DNA from: an uncultured Lentisphaerota bacterium
GTDB taxonomy: Bacteria > Verrucomicrobiota > Kiritimatiellia > CAIQIC01
Length of the DNA stretch: 42,877 nt
Direction of reading: 5' to 3'
NCBI GenBank assembly: GCA_903871765.1
Contig: CAIQIC010000167.1
Location: 1-42,877, forward strand
The number at the start of each line of letters is the position of its first letter. Position 1 is the stretch's first letter. Position numbers and translations under genes: made by a program. The notes under the pieces are model-generated. The model was given only the letters and a program-made list of their open reading frames with translations, ran no database searches and was not told the origin of the DNA. This document shows positions 39,582 to 42,877 of this stretch, one piece after another.

Positions 39582-39711
39582 AGTCAGAAGTCAGAATGGC
39601 CAGCGATAATAATCTTCTTTGTTCGCTTCTTTACCAATGTCAGTGTTCAGGCTGAGGCGTGTTGGCGCCGATAGCGTCCTTATTGTGACTACTGAATTCT
39701 GACTTCTGGCT
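39582..39711. repeat. 16-nt inverted repeat built from tandem heptamers, enclosing about 98 nt of AT-richer sequence.
   Basis: The left arm is AGTCAGAAGTCAGAAT (39582-39597) and the right arm is ATTCTGACTTCTGGCT (39696-39711), matching at 15 of 16 positions. It lies between the glmM stop and the start of the repeat-protein gene. Confidence 0.65.
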
Positions 39712-39725
39712 ACTCGATTATTCCC

Positions 39726-41084
39726 TCATCCGATGCTTTGCCGCACCACCTCCGCCAGGGTGCGGGCCAACCGTTGCGTCATCTCCTCGGTCGGCCCTTC
39801 CACCATGACGCGGCACAGGGCCTGCGTGCCGGAGTAGCGGATCAGCACGCGCCCGCGGTCGCCCAGTTCCGCCTCGGCCGCGCGCAGGGCCTGCTGCAAC
39901 GCCGGCAGTTCCGCCAGAGGCGGTTTCTGCCGGACCTCGAGGTTGATGATCTGCTGCGGCGCCGGGGTCAGAATCCGCGCCAGGGCGGAGAGCGGCTGCT
40001 GCACGTTGCACATGGCCGCCAGCAATTGCAGCGCCGAGATCATGCCGTCGCCGGTGGTGTGGCGGTTGAGGAAGATCATGTGGCCGGAGGCCTCGCCGCC
40101 CAGCACCGCCCCGCGCTGCTGCATCATCTCCAGCACGTAGCGGTCGCCCACCGGCGCAATGCCCACCTCGATGCCCAGTTGACGCATCGCGACGTGAAAG
40201 CCGTAGTTGGTCATCACGGTGCCGATCACGAGGTTGTTCTGCAGCCAGCCCCGGTCCTTGTACACCTTGGCGCAGATGGCCAGGATATGATCGCCGGTGA
40301 GCTCCCGCCCCTGCTCGTCCACGGCGATCAGCCGGTCGCCGTCGCCGTCAAAGGCCAGGCCCAAGTCGGCCTTCTCCGCCAGCACGCGGGCGCGGAGGTC
40401 CTGGGTGAACTGTGAGCCGCACCGGTCATTGATGTTGAGCCCGTTGGGCTCGGTGTGAATGGGCACGACGTCCGCGCCGAGCTCGGAAAAAATGATCGGC
40501 GCAATCTTGTAGGTGGCGCCATTGGCGCAGTCGAGGACGATCTTCAATCCGTCCAGGCTCAGATCGTCCGGGAAGGTGTCCTTGCAGAAAACGATGTACC
40601 GTCCCCGCGCATCGTCAATGCGCGTGGCCTTGCCCACGTCATTGGCGGTCGGCCGGATGTCGCGGATATGCCCCGAGGTGATCAAGTCCTCGATTTCATC
40701 CTCGGCCCCGTCCGGCAGTTTGAAGCCGGTGCGGGAGAAGATCTTGATGCCGTTGTCCTGGTAGGGATTGTGCGAGGCGCTGATGACCAGGCCGGCGTCG
40801 GCGCGCATGCTGTGGGTCAGAAAGGCGATGCCCGGCGTCGGCATCGGGCCCACCAGGAAGACGTTGACGCCCATCGAGCAGATGCCCGCCGTCAGGGCGC
40901 TCTCGATCATGTAGCCGCTCAGGCGCGTGTCCTTGCCGATGACGATGCGGTGCTTGAATTTGCCGCGGTCATGCCGCTTGCACACATAGGCGGTGGCCCG
41001 GCCGATTTCCAGCGCCATCTCCGCGGTCATCGGCTCCACGTTGGCCACCCCGCGCACCCCGTCGGTCCCAAACAGTCGCCCCAT
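39726..41084 (-). CDS. glmM: Phosphoglucosamine mutase.
   Basis: MGRLFGTDGVRGVAN, the active-site motif ISASHNPYQDNGIKIF, and GDGDRLIAVDE. Confidence 0.92.
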   Translation of the reverse strand: MGRLFGTDGVRGVANVEPMTAEMALEIGRATAYVCKRHDRGKFKHRIVIGKDTRLSGYMIESALTAGICSMGVNVFLVGPMPTPGIAFLTHSMRADAGLVISASHNPYQDNGIKIFSRTGFKLPDGAEDEIEDLITSGHIRDIRPTANDVGKATRIDDARGRYIVFCKDTFPDDLSLDGLKIVLDCANGATYKIAPIIFSELGADVVPIHTEPNGLNINDRCGSQFTQDLRARVLAEKADLGLAFDGDGDRLIAVDEQGRELTGDHILAICAKVYKDRGWLQNNLVIGTVMTNYGFHVAMRQLGIEVGIAPVGDRYVLEMMQQRGAVLGGEASGHMIFLNRHTTGDGMISALQLLAAMCNVQQPLSALARILTPAPQQIINLEVRQKPPLAELPALQQALRAAEAELGDRGRVLIRYSGTQALCRVMVEGPTEEMTQRLARTLAEVVRQSIG

Positions 41085-41106
41085 ATCCTGTTCCCTTCCC
41101 GAGCCC

Positions 41107-42333
41107 CTACGCCCCGGCGCTCACGGCCTTGACCACCTGCTGCAGCCAGGCCGTGCCCGCGTGCCGTGCCGCGGCGGGCAACGCGCGCACCACGTCCAGA
41201 TAGGCGTCGCGGTGCCGGCCCGCCAGGGCGGACAGCAACACGTCGCGCTCGCGGGCGCCCGTGTCGTCGGGCGGCGCCGTTCGCAGCGCCGCCTCCAGCG
41301 CCGGCCACGTGTGCCGCAGTTTTTCCTGCTCCGCCAGCCAGGACGCGTCGGCGGCGCCCTCACGCTGCGCCAGTTCCAGCGCCCGCGGCATGTGGGCGGC
41401 CAGCTCGCCCAGCCGCTGCTGGCGTTCCGCCACGGCCTCGCGCAGCCGCTGCAGCGCGCCCGTATGACAGGCCAGTTCCCAGGGGTCGCAGTGCATGAAG
41501 GGCCGCCGCACGTGGCGGTACCATTGCTCCAGCGCGCGCAGGTTGCCGAGGTAATTCAGGTTGTTGCTGACGATGCGCGCCACGCTCTTGTAGGCGCCGG
41601 CCTGAAAGGGCCGCGCGCGGAGGGTGCGGCCGCCGGCGCCGGGCTCCGCCGGCAGCAATTGTCCGTCTTCGGGCGCGTCGCCGCGCCAGACGAGGCCGGC
41701 CGGAATGACGCAGCCGAAACCGATCCGGCAGGGGCCCACCAGCCCGCCCTGCCCGCCCAGGAAGATCGGCGGCTGGTCGAGCATCACGCCGCGCGGCACG
41801 TCGCCCAGCAGCGATGCGGTCGCCTTGTCGTGATGCGGCGTGTAATTGAAATGCACGTAGGAGGAGCCCACCTCGCCGTGGTTCCGGCTGTCCGTGCCGC
41901 CGGTCATGAGCACGTCGCAGAAATTGATCAGGCTGCCCAGCGTGACGAACGGCATCAGGATCGTCTGCTTGAGCCCGACCGTGTGTGCGCCGTTCGCGGC
42001 CTCCTCGAGCAGCGTGCCGGCCCGGATGTGCGCGCCACTGCCCAAGCTCACGCCGTCGAGGAACGTGGCGCCCGCGGCGAAACCGCCCCGGAGTTCCACC
42101 TGCCGGCCCAACTGGCAGTTGTCCACCGTCACCGGTGCCTCCGCGCCCAGGACGCAGCCCGGGCCGAGGGAGGTCGCCGCGCCGCGGAGGCGGCAGCCCC
42201 CGTGCACCACGACGCCCGGCGCGATGCGCTCCGCCTGCACGTCGTCGTCCACCTGGACGCTCGCCGGGCAGCGCAACACCACGCCGCGCGCGAGCAGCTC
42301 CTGGATTTTATGCGCGCCGCCGTTTTCTTTCAT
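41107..42333 (-). CDS. Left-handed beta-helix protein resembling the GlmU C-terminal acetyltransferase domain, plus a helical C-terminal domain.
   Basis: 408-aa ORF with hexapeptide-like turns. HTVGLKQTILMPF...EVGSSYVHFNYTPHHDKATASLLGD...GGQGGLVGPCRIGFGCVIPAG parallels the GlmU pattern GNFVE.K...NIGAGTIT.NYDG..K..T.IGD. No nucleotidyltransferase domain is present. It lies 22 nt upstream of glmM. Confidence 0.65.
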   Translation of the reverse strand: MKENGGAHKIQELLARGVVLRCPASVQVDDDVQAERIAPGVVVHGGCRLRGAATSLGPGCVLGAEAPVTVDNCQLGRQVELRGGFAAGATFLDGVSLGSGAHIRAGTLLEEAANGAHTVGLKQTILMPFVTLGSLINFCDVLMTGGTDSRNHGEVGSSYVHFNYTPHHDKATASLLGDVPRGVMLDQPPIFLGGQGGLVGPCRIGFGCVIPAGLVWRGDAPEDGQLLPAEPGAGGRTLRARPFQAGAYKSVARIVSNNLNYLGNLRALEQWYRHVRRPFMHCDPWELACHTGALQRLREAVAERQQRLGELAAHMPRALELAQREGAADASWLAEQEKLRHTWPALEAALRTAPPDDTGARERDVLLSALAGRHRDAYLDVVRALPAAARHAGTAWLQQVVKAVSAGA

Positions 42334-42406
42334 ACGCTCACCCTGGCAACATGCCGAGCGCTTTTCACGTCCGAAGATCAGGCGCCGTAGCGCCGCCCTC
42401 CGGGCG

Positions 42407-42604
42407 CTATTTATGCAACAGCACGCCGATGGCCACCCCCGTGGTGGTGAACAGCAGGAAGGCCAGCGACTTGAGCATTTTCACCGTCGTGACCAGCAGA
42501 TCAATGCTCACTTCGCGCTCCAGCAAAGAGCTGCGCGTGTTGATCACCAACACCAGCGCGCACAAGCCGATGAGCACCAGCGCACACAGCATTTTCTTAC
42601 CCAT
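42407..42604 (-). CDS. LapA/DUF1049-like small two-TM membrane protein.
   Basis: 65-aa ORF, MGKKMLCALVLIGLCALVLVINTRSS...LAFLLFTTTGVAIGVLL. A strong GGGAGG Shine-Dalgarno sequence lies about 5 nt upstream of the ATG. Confidence 0.55.
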   Translation of the reverse strand: MGKKMLCALVLIGLCALVLVINTRSSLLEREVSIDLLVTTVKMLKSLAFLLFTTTGVAIGVLLHK

Positions 42605-42668
42605 GCCAAACCTCCCGCCGTTCGATGTTTGACAACATGAAACCGCTTTTTGCCGCCGGTGTCAAGGT

Positions 42669-42877
42669 TCAGCCGGACGGCGTGAGCCGCGTGTCCCGCG
42701 GCGGACGGGCATCGTCCGGCGCGGGATAATCGAGGATGTAATGCAGGCCGCGGCTTTCGTGGCGCTGCAGCGCGGATCGGATGACCAGCTCGGCGTCGTC
42801 GGCAATGTTGCGCAGCTCCAGCTGGTCGCTGGTGAGGCGATGACTGCGGTAGTACTGCCGGATTTCCCGCTGGTGTA
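42669..42877 (-). CDS. nadB: L-aspartate oxidase, C-terminal fragment. The 5' end lies outside the window.
   Basis: Hand translation of the edge-truncated minus ORF gives ...LELRNIADDAELVIRSALQRHESRGLHYILDYPAPDD...TPSG, with the stop at 42669-42671. ESRGLHY.LDYP is the conserved NadB C-terminal motif. Confidence 0.8.
   Translation of the reverse strand, partial: HQREIRQYYRSHRLTSDQLELRNIADDAELVIRSALQRHESRGLHYILDYPAPDDARPPRDTRLTPSG

Noticed and set aside
36578-42390. Plus-strand ORFs of 423 aa (36578-37849), 520 aa (37943-39505), 225 aa (39738-40415 and 40455-41132) and 465 aa (40993-42390).
   Set aside because: All lie antisense to glgX, the W-P repeat gene, glmM and the LbH gene. Their composition is typical of GC-rich shadow frames.
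1-42877. Search by eye for tRNA/rRNA genes (for example GGTTCGAATCC-like T-arms), CRISPR arrays, integrases/transposases and toxin-antitoxin pairs.
   Set aside because: None were found. This was a visual scan only, so small RNAs could be missed; tRNAscan-SE/Infernal would settle it.

Overview
This is a 42.9-kb GC-rich bacterial chromosomal segment, about two-thirds G+C by eye. The gene content is reminiscent of the PVC superphylum: a ThuA/TIM-barrel fusion, a Tat-signal Gfo/Idh/MocA oxidoreductase, zinc-ribbon membrane proteins and several GT-C-like polytopic proteins. That placement is inference only. I support 34 protein-coding features; two are cut by the window edges and one is a gene fragment. 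I saw no rRNA, tRNA, CRISPR array, integrase or transposase.

Layout:
(1) 1-6029, all minus strand: an edge-truncated DNA N6-adenine methyltransferase of Type IIG/IIL-like build, an AT-rich gap, a zinc-ribbon membrane protein, a HEAT-repeat/zinc-ribbon/PD-(D/E)xK-like nuclease fusion, and a rhomboid protease.
(2) 6159-28335: a large envelope-glycan locus. It holds a GT2 + DUF2304 + GT-C trio and an ABC-transporter-dependent capped-polysaccharide operon: wzm, wzt with a C-terminal glycan-binding domain, a WbdD-like methyltransferase/kinase-like terminator, a 1062-aa double-methyltransferase/coiled-coil/GT4 protein, an acetyltransferase and two GT2 genes. It also holds a second GT-C-like protein, an LTA-synthase/sulfatase-family transferase, further GT4 and GT2 genes, and a Cys-rich membrane protein.
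(3) 28400-29904: a degenerate PilZ-like ORF overlapping an orphan pilT.
(4) 30164-33339: a ThuA/TIM-barrel fusion plus an oxidoreductase.
(5) 33541-35495: an FHA membrane protein translationally coupled to a GT2.
(6) 35459-42877: glgX with a small coupled ORF, a secreted W-P repeat protein, glmM plus a stand-alone GlmU-type LbH protein, a LapA-like small membrane protein, and the 3' end of nadB.

Best candidates for something new:
- The methyltransferase-linked HEAT/Zn-ribbon/nuclease gene set at 1-5019.
- The 232-nt direct duplication of the wzm 5' end, which brackets the export/termination module (17048-21348).
- The single-polypeptide methyltransferase/coiled-coil/GT4 protein.
- The W-P repeat protein.

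All homology statements come from reading the translations by eye. No database search was run.
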